The notes under the pieces: generated by a model
Database searches by the model: none
What the model saw: the letters and a program-made list of their open reading frames with translations, nothing else
What the model was told of the DNA's origin: nothing
In this document: in pieces, positions 1 to 12,035 of the stretch
Layout of the letters: each line of letters starts with the position of its first letter
Numbering within the stretch: position 1 is the stretch's first letter
Origin: an uncultured Nitrososphaerales archaeon
GTDB taxonomy: Archaea; Thermoproteota; Nitrososphaeria; Nitrososphaerales; Nitrososphaeraceae
NCBI GenBank assembly: GCA_963695855.1
Contig: CAVOHZ010000010.1
Span: 896,001 to 960,000 of the forward strand
DNA length: 64,000 bases
Reading direction: 5' to 3'
Program-made: the position numbers and the translations under genes

Positions 1-73
1 ATTTAGAAATTTTCCAATCCTTTCATGTTTAAATATCATTTTTATTATCTGTATAATCATCCAGATAGTTCAA

Positions 74-259
74 TCACACATCAAAGTGAAATTTCTTTAT
101 ATGAAATGAAATACCCTCTTCATATAGTCCCTTAGAAATACTCTTTATTATTCCATCTTCAATTATCTTACGACGATCATTGTTCTCAATAAGATCCGTT
201 GGAATATCAATATCTATTTCTACCTTTAATCTCACTCGCCTGCTTACCATAAAAATCAT
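74..259 (-). CDS. Small hypothetical protein
   Basis: 61-aa ORF with normal composition (RRVRLKVEIDIDIP...SISKGLYEEG); no recognised domain. Confidence 0.6.
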   Translation of the reverse strand: MIFMVSRRVRLKVEIDIDIPTDLIENNDRRKIIEDGIIKSISKGLYEEGISFHIKKFHFDV

Positions 260-1287
260 ATCACTACATCCGGTATTGAGTGTATGTTTTTGATTAATAA
301 ATTACGATCGAGTAATTCTTACCATTCATTTAAGTTAGTATAATGCCTCTGGGGAAAATCCTTGGAATTATTTTTATATCTCTTTTTGAAAAAGATTTTT
401 TTATCTAAATAAATATGAAGTATAGGTATTCTTAAAAATAAAGTGTCACAAAAATAGGATAATTTGCAATGTTGATTGTTGAAATTGGAATTTTTCGTGT
501 CAGTCATTTATTTTCCAAATCTACTCTGGATATTACCCAACTGAAAAATATTACAAATATTATTGAAGGCATAAAAAATAATGAATAGATAATATACCTG
601 AAGCATCACCTCTGGCAGGGAATAAAACACATATTCGACATTAGAAATGAAATTTTATTAGCCATGCTATCTAAATAAATGACTGGTAAAATACATTGGA
701 TAATTTAGATATTACTTTCAATTTTACAGCTTCGATGTCGGTTCAGGCTAATTTCTTTTTCCGTTGAATGACCTTTATTGCTAAATATATTGCTATACTA
801 CTTGATCCTAATATCGCCCCAACCATAATTTTGGTCAAAAGATCATTTTCAATAAACATGGATATCCCAGAACTAAAGATACTGTAAAAGGAAAGGGCAT
901 AAGCAATTTTCTCATATTTTCTTTTTTTTTACGTCTCTTTCTAATGATTCTTTCACAACACTTATTGTTGTTACCACAATTTGCTATACATAAAAAACTA
1001 TTAAAACATTTTTGTGATGTTAATAATTATAGTTTAAATAGTAACAATTAACGATTAATAAATCGTATTTTTAATTTAGATTAATTGAAGAAAAGTGCAA
1101 ATAAAGAATTACATATTATTGTATTAAAAAAAACGAAACGGTAGCAATAGCCAGTTAATCTTATTTTATGAACAATTCGAATTGATGGAATAATAAGACA
1201 TTTCATAAACGAATCAAACAATAAAAATTTACAAGAAAAATTTGAATACTAAGAGTTATTAAAAGATTTAATAAAAACCATACTTAA

Positions 1288-1638
1288 ATGCCAGATGAGG
1301 ACTGTATCAGAGATGATAAAGAAGATGAAATATTAGAATTAGATTATAAGAATTTTAGTATTGTAATAAATAGAAATAAACTTACTTTAGTTGATTTTTG
1401 GGCACCATGGTGTGGACCTTGTCAAACAATGTTTGCCATATTTTCGAAGTTATCTAAATATTATTCATATAAGATCACCTTTGCAAGAGTAAACATTGAT
1501 AATAATCCAAAAATTGCTTCAGAATATGAAGTATTCTCTATTCCATCTTTTATATTATTTATGGATGGACAACCAATTAAAGGCTTAATTGGTACAGTAA
1601 CTGAAAGCAGATTAAAAGAGATGGTGGAAAAATTGTAG
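1288..1638 (+). CDS. trxA: Thioredoxin
   Basis: VDFWAPWCGPC active site, SIP cis-Pro motif, 116 aa. Confidence 0.93.
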   Translation: MPDEDCIRDDKEDEILELDYKNFSIVINRNKLTLVDFWAPWCGPCQTMFAIFSKLSKYYSYKITFARVNIDNNPKIASEYEVFSIPSFILFMDGQPIKGLIGTVTESRLKEMVEKL

Positions 1639-1652
1639 GTCCACTGTTGTAA

Positions 1653-1670
1653 TTTTTCGGCGCCGAAAAA
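1653..1670. repeat. Perfect 18-bp palindrome downstream of trxA (possible terminator or protein-binding site)
   Basis: TTTTTCGGCGCCGAAAAA equals its own reverse complement; about 15 nt after the trxA stop. Confidence 0.6.
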
Positions 1671-2397
1671 AAGCAGTTTAATTATCTCGCATCTTGAATG
1701 AATATTGCTGGCTTATTTAATTATGATGAAAAAGTTATTAGAACATTAGTGAAAACGCAAACCGTATACTGGATATAACGTACATAGGTTAAAGTTCAAT
1801 CTAATTTTCGGTAATGTTAATCACTACATTAAATGATCTAAAAACTTATGTAATGGCATATGCAAGATTTTGGGCCTTTGGAATTTCATTTATAATGTCG
1901 TTCTTAGCTATTTCCTTCAAGAAAACTAGGTATCGAAATTTTTTCTCTATCGTCAACCACTGATTTTTAAAAGGTTTACTATGGAATTTATTAATATCAA
2001 GATAAAAATATAAGATCTTTTGTGCCAAACGTCATAAGTTGAATACCCATATCTCGGACTTATTCGAGCTCGCACAATCTTTTTCTTAATAAAATATCAA
2101 ATGGGGCATCTATTTTGGGATTAAAATAAGATATTGACTCAGTTGAGGAGATCATAACTAATATTTCCTAATGTTTTAATAATTAGAATAGAAAAATCTT
2201 GTGTCTTCGGAAATAATTTTACAGTTTCTGGATAATGGTTTAGTGAGGATCCCTCCCCCTTCGGAGCTTAGTAATTTCAAATACAGCTTGAATACTATAG
2301 AATTGATCAGCGACAACGATTTTTATTCGGACCCATGGGTACTATCAACAAATTTAGATAAAAAAACTTAATTAATCATATAACAATGTCTAATTAA

Positions 2398-2841
2398 ATG
2401 CGATTCGTTGACTTTAGACTAATGCAGGATAGAAATAATATGATTCACTATTCGGTAAGACATGTATTTTTTATTTCAATTTTAGTAGCTACGATCTGTC
2501 TTCTTAATTCTTCATCCATGAGTAAGCCAGCATGGAGTTCCGATTATAATGTACAGATTCCTTATCAAGCATCTGATCCCTCCTTAAAGAAAAATTTTGA
2601 TCCAGAATCTATAGATATACAAACAGGTGACAAAGTTACTTGGATTAATAACGACGAAATGATGCATACGATCACTGGGCATACGTTATCCGATGGATCA
2701 TCCACAAATGGATTCGATTCCGGACCATTACATCTCGGACAAGAATTCACATTTATATTTAACCAAGAGGGAGAATACAAATACTCATGTATGTTCCATC
2801 CATTTATGACTGCAAAAATAATAGTCTCTCAACAGGGATAA
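2398..2841 (+). CDS. Secreted blue-copper protein (cupredoxin, plastocyanin/azurin family)
   Basis: Signal-like hydrophobic segment; GDKVTWIN..H; FDSG; YSCMFHPFM gives the type-1 Cu ligands (H, C, H, M). True start may be downstream. Confidence 0.9.
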   Translation: MRFVDFRLMQDRNNMIHYSVRHVFFISILVATICLLNSSSMSKPAWSSDYNVQIPYQASDPSLKKNFDPESIDIQTGDKVTWINNDEMMHTITGHTLSDGSSTNGFDSGPLHLGQEFTFIFNQEGEYKYSCMFHPFMTAKIIVSQQG

Positions 2842-4699
2842 AACTAGGAAAAAACTATAATATATAATTAAAACTATAATACATAATTTAATAATATTCA
2901 CACATAATAAATATAGATTCTGTTTTACTATTTATGACTAATCTATATCTAAACCTAATATATAATAACAGCATATTAAAAAATAATAAATGTATATAGT
3001 TAAAAGAAATATAATATACACAATTAAATTTATTTACGCAGGTCAAATGAATGCAAAGCAAGGAACAAATATTTTTGATAGTTATCAAAATTCAATAAAA
3101 AGATAGAGTCAAACTATATAAATGATAAGTACTTATCTTAGTTACAGGTTTTATGATTTGATAAAAAAGTAGATATTATCAATAATACTAAAGAAAAATA
3201 GAATAAAAAAAATGGAACAAACAAATCACGCTAATATTGAAAAGAGGCCTGAATGTAATATTTAAAAATTACCTGGAGAACCTTGAGTGTATTATATTAT
3301 GATCATATTGCTAAAAATGAGAAACTATCGGTCGTATTTAATACGTACAGTAGATTTATTCTGCATAAAACAAGAAAAAGAGAATACAAAAGACAAAATT
3401 TGTTCTTATATATCTAATTGTTAGACAAGTTCTAAGTTACATATATTGTAACAGAAACAAAATGATTAGTAAAATAGTTCTTTTCATCAACATTCTTAAT
3501 ATAAAATGGTGCCAAAATATTCATTTTTACCCGTTGGTTAAGCTTTTTCATTGTGAACATTTTATACCTTATATTTTTGACATTACATTTCATGTTGAAA
3601 CGATGTCTTTTGTAATATTCTTTAGATAGTTATGGTAATGAGCGATACTTTATGTAGACATTTTAAGCTCTGTTAAATTAAGTAAAAATTACAAATTTAA
3701 TTGAAAAAACCTACTAAAATTGAGTGTAGAACATAAAAGATAAACAAAACATATCTTATATTCTATACTTAACTTAACAGAGCCACATTTTAGCATGAAT
3801 CTATTCTCGTTCAAACCAAATCTTTTAATTATACGTAAGTCAAGAATTTCCTTTTCTATAACATTTGTTACTTCTGCAGACTGTTTATTGTGCGCTTTTA
3901 TATTTTCATGCTGCAAACCATTTGTTCGATTCTCAAGGTACCTGTTTTTCCACTTGTAATGTGTCATTCAAGTTATTAGGTATCTAGTGCATTACCTACA
4001 GTACCTTCAGTCCACGGTTTCTGATGAATTAGATTAAATTTCGTTTGTAATTCTATTTTGTATACAATTACTATCAGACTAGAAAGTGTTACCTATGTTA
4101 CTAAATGAAATTGTAACCATCTATACAAGTACAACAAGTAATTATTAGTTTTAAGAAATTTATAGCATCTTAATTCATATATAGAAATAGACATGACATA
4201 GAACTGGGTAACGACGATTAAATTTGTGATTATAGTAAGAATACTGAAGGATGATGACTAAAATTTTACAGGTAAGAGTATTATACTATAGTACAGCTGT
4301 TAGTTTAACAGAGCATAAACAGCGCTGAAACCGGTATGCAGGATTTTAACAATACGATATCCTTGAGAAAATCAAACAAACTTCTTACATGTAACCTTTT
4401 AGAATCTATCAATATAGTCAATATCTGAGTGTGTCAGATTTATTTTACATGATATAATGTCTCAACATTGTAGCCTCATCCAGTATGTTGAAGCAAACGA
4501 TTAGAGCTTGATTTTGATTAGCTAGCTCAAATTATAGGAATTTACTCGATAATCTAACTATGTTGTCATTTAGTTGGATAATCCTACAGAATTATACTCT
4601 AATAACTTTACAATTTTGAACTATTAATTGATTAATTTATTTATTGTTAGTGCCTATTGATAGAATTCTATATTAATAACTAAATTATTACAATATTTT

Positions 4700-5275
4700 A
4701 TGAAACAGAAGGTAAGAGTAATGGTTGTTTCACTAACTTTAATGATTGGAATAATGGCTGTTGTGGATTATTCACTTGAGACAGCTTTTTCTCAGGAGGA
4801 CCCAGCGAAAGAAAAAGCATTACAGGACCAGGTAGCCAGCGCCTTTAATTATGTGCATAAGGCAGACCTTAATAGAGCATCTTTAACTCTATTACTAAAT
4901 GGCATCAGTCTTATTCAAAATGATACATTACTAATATATGATTCAACTCCTTATGCAAGCAAGGGACATATATCTCTTAATTTACCATGTAACCCAGAAG
5001 AACCTAATAAACCGATGTTTCAGGTACTAATCGGTCTTGCTCCAAAGGTTTTTCCCTTGTACCTGGGATATTTAGAACAAGTTTCAAACCCGCCTAGAAG
5101 TTGTTTATTTCATGGACAATTTGGATTTGGAGATCCTGTAACAGATGTGGCTCTTCACTACTCAGGTGATGGAGAGATTAAATTTCTAGGTCCACATACT
5201 ATTACAATAACTGTACATGAATCATACATTCCAAGTCAAGAGCAGTTAAAACTGAAACAACATTTAGCTCCTTAA
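4700..5275 (+). CDS. Secreted hypothetical protein (thaumarchaeal type)
   Basis: N-terminal signal peptide; YDSTPY..GHI.LNLPC segment resembles thaumarchaeal hypotheticals (recalled, not searched). Confidence 0.7.
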   Translation: MKQKVRVMVVSLTLMIGIMAVVDYSLETAFSQEDPAKEKALQDQVASAFNYVHKADLNRASLTLLLNGISLIQNDTLLIYDSTPYASKGHISLNLPCNPEEPNKPMFQVLIGLAPKVFPLYLGYLEQVSNPPRSCLFHGQFGFGDPVTDVALHYSGDGEIKFLGPHTITITVHESYIPSQEQLKLKQHLAP

Positions 5276-5543
5276 TTTTTTTTTAACATATATATGATGG
5301 TACGTTTTAATAAAAAATTAATTTGCAAGTTTTTATACCTTGAAAATTAAAAATAAATTGAATACTTTCAATACTTTTTTATGAGAAAATAATTGTAGGA
5401 AGATTTTCTTATTTCGCTAACATCTTACATAACAATTGTTCTTAATTTAGTAAGAGCAATAATCTTCATGTTTTTACATATTAACAAAGTAAATTGAATG
5501 TCTAGAAAACTCACTATGTTTGGATTTTACTGCCAACTATATT

Positions 5544-6947
5544 CTAATCATTAGCATGCAAGGAATAATTTTTGCCAGTCAAGTCAAGGAGACATCTTTC
5601 TATTGGTTTCTTTAAATCTTCTACTTCCTTCTTATTTTTTTCCAGCTCCATTTGCAATTCTTTATGTGAGGCCTCTTTTGCAAACAGTTCTTGGGAAAGA
5701 TAAGATTTTTGTTCCTGCATGTCTCTTAATTTTGAAAAAATAGTGAGATCTGGATTGTTCTGTAATGTATGTAATTTTTTATTCAGGTTTTCTTCTCGAC
5801 TTTTAAATTCATTTAATGAATGGAGAATGTTGTCAATATAAGTAATTATTTTACCAGAATCTTTGACATTAATTTTTCCCTTTACCATTGAAGTCCTAAC
5901 ATCTGTAATGAGATTAACATAGTGAGTAATGTCTTGAGAGAACATTTCCCAAGGCTTTTCAGTCATTACTTGGAATTTATGAATAACTGATTTATTCATT
6001 CCATAAGAATATTTGTTGAATGCTCTGCTGACTCTACTAAAACTATTAATTAATTCTTTATGGAAATCCTTTTTCTCTTTCTCAACTAATGTCAGCGTTT
6101 GTCTTGTTTTCTGTGCATTATGATATTTTTCAGAGTTTACCAACAAATTTATTTCAGATTCAACTTTTTTTATATTCGATCTCAAATCGTCAATATTAGC
6201 TCTCTTATCATCGACAAGTGATTCCATAGAACTTATCATTTCTTTTTTATCCGCAATGACATTTAATCCATCTATACAGGAATTCAAAAAATTTAATTCA
6301 TCGTCATAGAGATAAATTTCCCTTTTGCATTCATGGGAAATATTTGAAATATTCTTAAATTCGTTTTCTAGTTTTTCGGCATACTTTCTAATAAAGAAAT
6401 TGAAAACTTTCTTATGGGAAGAACTTAGCTCTGAAAACCTATGGACCATAGAATCTAGGTGCTGATGAAAATCTTTGATATCTTGAAAAGATTCAGGAAC
6501 AGTAGGAAATGATGATATTTCTTTTTTTATCGATGATATAACCATTCTTTTGGAATTAATAAGTAGGGACTCAAAGCTACGTTCTTGGACATCTATTTTA
6601 GCTATTTCTAGATCCCTGGCAATATTCTTTATATTGTTCATATATTGTAACGACTGAAAATGGAGTGGTTTAATTTTTTCTGCTAATTGCTTTATTTTAC
6701 CATCTCGAGATCTTTGAAGAATATCTTTAGTATCAAATGATGTAATTTGAATATCCTCAATTGAATTATCTTTAAATTTGTTTATATTATATGAATTTCT
6801 CCCTTTTTTATCAATATGGGGTTTCTTCTTAAAAAAATCAAATAAAGGAGCCAATAAATATACTAATAATATCAATAAGAAAAATCTTTTTATTTTTCTA
6901 GTATGCGAAAATTCATAGTGAGTCCTAAAAATATTGAAACAAGTCAT
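5544..6947 (-). CDS. Long coiled-coil hypothetical protein
   Basis: 467-aa ORF rich in K/E/L heptads with no ATPase motifs; true start probably the TTG near 6854 (MAPLFDFFKKK). Confidence 0.75.
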   Translation of the reverse strand: MTCFNIFRTHYEFSHTRKIKRFFLLILLVYLLAPLFDFFKKKPHIDKKGRNSYNINKFKDNSIEDIQITSFDTKDILQRSRDGKIKQLAEKIKPLHFQSLQYMNNIKNIARDLEIAKIDVQERSFESLLINSKRMVISSIKKEISSFPTVPESFQDIKDFHQHLDSMVHRFSELSSSHKKVFNFFIRKYAEKLENEFKNISNISHECKREIYLYDDELNFLNSCIDGLNVIADKKEMISSMESLVDDKRANIDDLRSNIKKVESEINLLVNSEKYHNAQKTRQTLTLVEKEKKDFHKELINSFSRVSRAFNKYSYGMNKSVIHKFQVMTEKPWEMFSQDITHYVNLITDVRTSMVKGKINVKDSGKIITYIDNILHSLNEFKSREENLNKKLHTLQNNPDLTIFSKLRDMQEQKSYLSQELFAKEASHKELQMELEKNKKEVEDLKKPIERCLLDLTGKNYSLHAND

Positions 6948-7019
6948 TTTTGTGTAAAAAAATGAAAAAAATGAAAGTACATCGGATTACCTTTATAGGA
7001 GATTTATAATGCTTGAATT

Positions 7020-7616
7020 TTGTTGATGAATAATAAAAAAGAAGATGACAATTCGAAAAATGGTATGATTTTTATATATATATCATTATCTATTTTGAGC
7101 GCCACAATAATAAGTGCAATATTCTCACGAGAAATTAATTATTATTTTTATGCAATGATATGGATTGGAAGTTTTTTGGTCTTTTTTTTGTTGTTCAGAA
7201 CTAGAATAATAGATTCAGTTAAAATTATCAAGACGAGGATAAAAAAGAGTACTGGATGGCCATTAACAATCAAAATCATAAATGGAATATGTTGGGCTGG
7301 TCCATTTTTCTTTGCAGCATTTATGCCTGTTATTCATGAATTTTTAATATTGTTGGGAATAGGATTAGGAAATATTTCCACTGCACTCATATTTTTAAAG
7401 TATAACAGACTCAAAAACAAGGATCAAATGATCGTTGGGTTAATTTGTTTAATATCTATCGTAATAATAATGGTGTTATATCAATATGATTTAATAGCGA
7501 AAGTACAAGGTGAATTTTTAGCAAGGATATTAATATCTATAGCTTATGGAATAGGAGGAGTATATAGCTTATTCTTTGGAGAAAAAGATACATATTCAAA
7601 TGACATACCACAGTAA
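7020..7616 (+). CDS. Integral membrane protein
   Basis: 198 aa with about 6 hydrophobic helices. Confidence 0.75.
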   Translation: MLMNNKKEDDNSKNGMIFIYISLSILSATIISAIFSREINYYFYAMIWIGSFLVFFLLFRTRIIDSVKIIKTRIKKSTGWPLTIKIINGICWAGPFFFAAFMPVIHEFLILLGIGLGNISTALIFLKYNRLKNKDQMIVGLICLISIVIIMVLYQYDLIAKVQGEFLARILISIAYGIGGVYSLFFGEKDTYSNDIPQ

Positions 7617-7759
7617 AGAAATAATCACATTTTGTCACTAAGAGCGTACTTAAAAATAAAGAAGAATTTAGCTCTTTGGTTTCTTTATCATGGTAATAAT
7701 GAAATAAGAACAATAAGACCAAAAGTCATGTTAGAACAAGTTACATGTATTGCAGATAG

Positions 7760-7945
7760 CTATGAAACGATATTAAAAACCTTGTACCAGAGTAAAAACA
7801 GAGAACAATAGCGGTAGACCAATTGTTCCTTATAGAATAGTACTTGATGGAATAATATTTGTCCTGAGCACTGGCAGTCAATAGAAAATGTTACCAAGAG
7901 TATGGTTCAGGATGGGCACAGAAAAGAAGATTTCAAGAGTAGGAA
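7760..7945 (+). pseudogene. IS5-family (IS427-like, DUF4096) transposase remnant
   Basis: Translates as GRPIVPYRIVLDGIIFVLSTGSQ*KMLP..YGSG..RRFQE, matching the GRP..R..LDGILYVLRTGCQW..LP..YG..T.HRRF signature; contains stops and frameshifts. Confidence 0.7.
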
Positions 7946-8148
7946 CAATCAGGTAAATTTGACAAATTAGAGTGCAATTACTAGAAATACACTATAACAG
8001 AAAAATAATCAAATTGACTTAATAGTCACTTGATAGTAATCTATAAGCCACCTAATCAAAAAAAGTGAAGAAAAAAAGAATTATTCATGAATATGAATTT
8101 TTATATTTCCTTTTCTTTGCAGTGTTATTGCATAAAATAATAATTCTA

Positions 8149-8506
8149 ATGTTTATAACTATTGGACTTCTATTAACATCGAGTCTTACTTCATGAAAAA
8201 CGGTAAACAGTGATACAGAAAAAGCATTTGCAGAACAAAATAGTAGTGCGCTAAAACTACTTACTGAAGATGATTTAAAATTTATTCAAGAAGAAGGGAT
8301 CGAACTATCCAAGTTCATTCAGTGATAAATACATAAGAGAAATTAAACAACAACCACCTGACGCTTATGAACAGAGAATTAAAACTTGTATGGATATGAA
8401 GGATGCAAATTTCATCGATCCTAATATAGAATGTGTAAGTTGGATGCTTACGCTAGAGGGAAATTACAAATTAATACAATGGCTTCTCAGCTCAAATCAA
8501 TATTAG
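8149..8506 (+). pseudogene. Disrupted paralogue of secreted protein 30970..31284
   Basis: 3' part encodes EQRIKTCMDMKDANFIDPNIECVSWMLTLEGNYKLIQWLLSSNQY*, near-identical to 30970..31284; frameshift and stops in the 5' part. Confidence 0.8.
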
Positions 8507-8529
8507 TCTCATTTTTTTGTGTACTTTTT

Positions 8530-8961
8530 CTAAGGCTTATTTAATTGAGCCATTTCATCTATTTCGTGTAGGAATTTACCTGTTTCATCATATGATTTAG
8601 CACATAAATCGATTATGAATGGTATTGGTGAGTTCAAAGTATCTATTGCATTCCATTCGACTGCAATTATGGTTATTTTTATATCCATAGAAAATTCTTC
8701 ACTTTCGATTATAGGTTGAATCTTAGACCATCTTTGCTTATACATTTCTAGCGATTCTCCGAGTGATACACTGTTTGAATATGTAACACATTCTAGTAAT
8801 TTCATTTCTGAAGTATTTGGATTTTCTGACGCCTTTTCTACGGTTTCAGCTAAATTGTTAGGAAAGTTTTCATATTGAAAATTTAGTTCATTTTGTGCAT
8901 TTATGTTTGAGGAAAGTATAACGCTTCCTAACACTCCACTTAGAATCAATATTAACATCAT
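8530..8961 (-). CDS. Secreted hypothetical protein
   Basis: Signal peptide; near-identical broken copy at 30510..30946. Confidence 0.8.
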   Translation of the reverse strand: MMLILILSGVLGSVILSSNINAQNELNFQYENFPNNLAETVEKASENPNTSEMKLLECVTYSNSVSLGESLEMYKQRWSKIQPIIESEEFSMDIKITIIAVEWNAIDTLNSPIPFIIDLCAKSYDETGKFLHEIDEMAQLNKP

Positions 8962-8974
8962 ATATTTACGAAAC

Positions 8975-9616
8975 CTAATCGAATCTTAATTTTTGTTGTG
9001 GTTCAACTTCTAATTCACTATCGCCTAGAAATTTAATTGATTTTATAAAATGGTCACGAATTTCAATATTTTCTGGATCATCAAAAATTGTAGTAGGGGC
9101 TATAAATTTAAAAGCGTATAATTTATCATCAACATTAGTTATCCAAAATTGTCTAGCATATTTAACAGCATAAGGCTGATATTTATCTTCGCTAGTAACC
9201 AAAAAAGTTACAGTTTCTTTACCATCAATAGACATCATCGATGGTTCTTCTATAATTTTAGCTTCATACGCTTCTTCAAATCCCTTAGTAGCAATATGAA
9301 GAGCTAGTTGAATCACCTTTTCAAATCCAAGAATATCTAATACGTTTGCTAATGATCCTCCCGAGGAAATCGGAAACCCTAGGTTGAAACTTCTACTTGA
9401 CGAAAAGTCTGCTATCCTCATATCTGGTGCACTATCAAATCTAGATTTTTCATTAATTTTCCAGTCTGTTGGATATTCAAACTGAATTCCGTATTTCTCA
9501 CTTGTATAATTAGAGAATTCTATTGCAAAAGCATAATTTTCTGGTGTAAACAAAGAGATAGATGATAAAGAAATTGCAAGTCCTGTAAGCACAATCAATA
9601 GTAGTAAGTGCTTCAT
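8975..9616 (-). CDS. Secreted PsbP-like (Mog1/PsbP fold) protein
   Basis: Signal peptide; YTSEKYGIQFEYPTDW at the N-terminus, IDGK internally and FIKSIKF at the C-terminus are typical of PsbP-related domains. Confidence 0.75.
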   Translation of the reverse strand: MKHLLLLIVLTGLAISLSSISLFTPENYAFAIEFSNYTSEKYGIQFEYPTDWKINEKSRFDSAPDMRIADFSSSRSFNLGFPISSGGSLANVLDILGFEKVIQLALHIATKGFEEAYEAKIIEEPSMMSIDGKETVTFLVTSEDKYQPYAVKYARQFWITNVDDKLYAFKFIAPTTIFDDPENIEIRDHFIKSIKFLGDSELEVEPQQKLRFD

Positions 9617-9729
9617 ATATTGCTAAATCACTCTTAAACAGATAAACTTTTATCTATAACTGTTCATTGTAACAATGTTATATAAGAATCGATAAATTTA
9701 TTAATTTAAATCTAATTGTATAGTTAGAA

Positions 9730-10302
9730 TGATTTTTTCATACCTAGTTCTCTCATTAATGGCCATTCTTATACTGACAATAACAAGTACAAATGGATTT
9801 AGTTAATCCCTTCAGATGCCAGAATTCAAATCCAAATCTACTATGGAAAGTAATACAATAATAGAAAATAATCCGAATGAACAGATTGCAATGAAACTTC
9901 AATTAGAACCTCACGAGAACGAATTTTTGGCTGATGATGATTGGTATCAAGTTTCAGACATTGCGTTTGCAACCACTAATAACAGTAAATTATGTCATGC
10001 GGTAAGATGTGATTATGAGATTGATGATGGACAAATGAGTTCTGAAATTTGCAGCTGGTGAAAGATCGTTAGATGGAAAATTCAAGACAAGTGCTGGTGA
10101 ATCAAAGAAAATATTCGATTTAAGGGCTACTTGGGAAGCAGTCGAGGAACGTGATGTAAATGGTGAACTAAGTCAACTTAAAGAAGGGACGTTTAGCATA
10201 GGCAGACCTGTATTTAATCCACAGTTCGAATATGACATAAATGGCACATTGACAAAAGATGGTAATGGTTATTTGATACAGGTATTAGGGGCAAAGAAAT
10301 GA
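9730..10302 (+). pseudogene. Frameshifted secreted hypothetical protein
   Basis: ORF 9816..10061 continues in another frame (GERSLDGKFKTSAGESKKIFDLRATWEAVEE...VLGAKK*) to 10302. Confidence 0.55.
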
Positions 10303-10606
10303 AGGAAATTTATATTTTCACTTCATAATTTTTTGTTTCTAATACTTTGTGTAATGTACAACTAAATGCGATATATTTAAACATAATAAATTGCAAAAGA
10401 ACTACTGCACACCATTACAAACAACGTTGCTGGTTCACTGTTACCTAAAGAAAAAATTATAGTGAAAGAAAAATGAGTCAAATTAATCATATTAATTATT
10501 AAGTTCTTTTACTATTTTCTTTACATTTTGTGCCAACTAGAAACCTTATTTTACCTACTCATTTTAATTACTTTTCAATAACTTTTTTCATTGATATATA
10601 ATCTAC

Positions 10607-11624
10607 TGCTCTGTTGCGTAACTCGTCTAGATAATCATCTATTTTTTGTTACTAAGGTAAATTATGTAACACTTATACTTTGAAACCAGTTATACAAAGA
10701 CGCTTTCAGTATTATCTCCTTTATCATGTTCTCAAATCTTATAGCAGTAACATATTCTCCAAACATTCTCTTGATACAGGAAAAGACTGTTTCTACTATC
10801 CATCTCTGTCCATAGTCTACACTATCCTTCCATTGTTGTAGATTGGTTTTCTGTAATTGTACGTTCTTGTTTCTCAAATAATGGTTTGTCTTTCTATACT
10901 TGGCATTCTTTCTTACCTTAATTGCTGGTTGAATTCCTTTAAATGATAAAAATTGAAAATTCTTGTTACTGTCATAGGCACCATCCATAATGGCAGTTTC
11001 AACTACTTTGTTCTGTTTTATAGTTATATCACCCACTAATTTAGGTAATACTTTTCCATCATGCACTTCTTCACTGGTTACATGTAATGATAGAATTCTC
11101 TTCTTTTTTATGTCAACTGCTACATGTATCTTTAGATAACCTCTTTTTACTTTCCATTTGTGCCTAATCCATTCTCCTCTGTTTGTAACTTTAACACCAG
11201 TAGAATCAATTACAATTACAAAATTATCATCATGTTGTAAAGTGGATTTATCCTGATCATCATCATCTATTTTGATATCCAATCTGTTTATTCTTCTGCA
11301 AATCCCGCTATAATCTGGAATTGATGGTAACGTATTTGCAGCATGAGCTCGTACAATACCCTCAGTTTGTCTGTATGGTAAATGAAAATATGCTCTCACA
11401 TATCCAAGTAGTTTGATGAATGACTCTGGATATACAAATTTTCTACCTTCCTTGTCCTTATTCATCTTCTCTAGTTCAGAATCCCAGTTATCTATAACAT
11501 CAAAATCAAGTAATACCTCACCACGTTTAACAAGAGATTCATTGTACTTCTTCCAGTTCACATGTATTATGACTAGAATAGGCTAGCTAAATGTGTTAGG
11601 AATAGCGAGTTACGCAACAAAGCA
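10607..11624 (-). mobile_element. IS5-family insertion sequence, complete
   Basis: Terminal inverted repeats TGCTCTGTTGCGTAACTCG / CGAGTTACGCAACAAAGCA; 8-bp target duplication TAATCTAC at 10599-10606 and 11625-11632. Confidence 0.93.
10662..11561 (-). CDS. IS5-family DDE transposase
   Basis: NWKKYNESLVKRG, IDSTG, LKIHVAVD, MDGAYD, YGQRWIVETVFS motifs. Confidence 0.95.
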   Translation of the reverse strand: MNWKKYNESLVKRGEVLLDFDVIDNWDSELEKMNKDKEGRKFVYPESFIKLLGYVRAYFHLPYRQTEGIVRAHAANTLPSIPDYSGICRRINRLDIKIDDDDQDKSTLQHDDNFVIVIDSTGVKVTNRGEWIRHKWKVKRGYLKIHVAVDIKKKRILSLHVTSEEVHDGKVLPKLVGDITIKQNKVVETAIMDGAYDSNKNFQFLSFKGIQPAIKVRKNAKYRKTNHYLRNKNVQLQKTNLQQWKDSVDYGQRWIVETVFSCIKRMFGEYVTAIRFENMIKEIILKASLYNWFQSISVT

Positions 11625-12003
11625 TAATCTACAAAAAGTAGCATATACAATGTAATTTCAATAGTAAAAGTTTAAAGCTACTTTCTATTATCCTTCATAA
11701 AATGAAAACATCAATACTTACTAATTCGGAATTGTTGTGGTTGTCTGGAAAGAAGATGGTATCAAAAGATTATGAGTACAGGATTAGGAGTGATATAAAA
11801 AAGAAAATAAAAATTTTATAACAATTAGAACTACCATTACTTGCAAATCATGGTTTCATAGATGATCTAAGTATATTTACTCAGCTGAGTGCTAATCCTC
11901 AGATCCTAAATTATAGTAATACAAAAAAAACGGAAACTAAGAACTTGAATGAATCTATTCAGAGAAATTTCGTGCTTAATTCCTCAAGTGAGGGAAATAA
12001 CAC

Positions 12004-12010
12004 TTATAAA
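12004..12010 (+). promoter_or_regulatory. Putative TATA box of the tRNA-Val gene
   Basis: TTATAAA about 26-32 nt upstream of the tRNA 5' end. Confidence 0.5.
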
Positions 12011-12035
12011 AATAATCAAACAAATAACTGTGAGG

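Noticed and set aside
2888-3967. Short ORFs 2888..3088 and 3689..3967 (also 319..507 and 1846..2028)
   Set aside because: Low-complexity AT-rich translations with no recognisable motif; not supportable as genes.
5544-6947. SMC/SbcC ATPase call for the coiled-coil protein
   Set aside because: No Walker A, Walker B or signature motif is visible.
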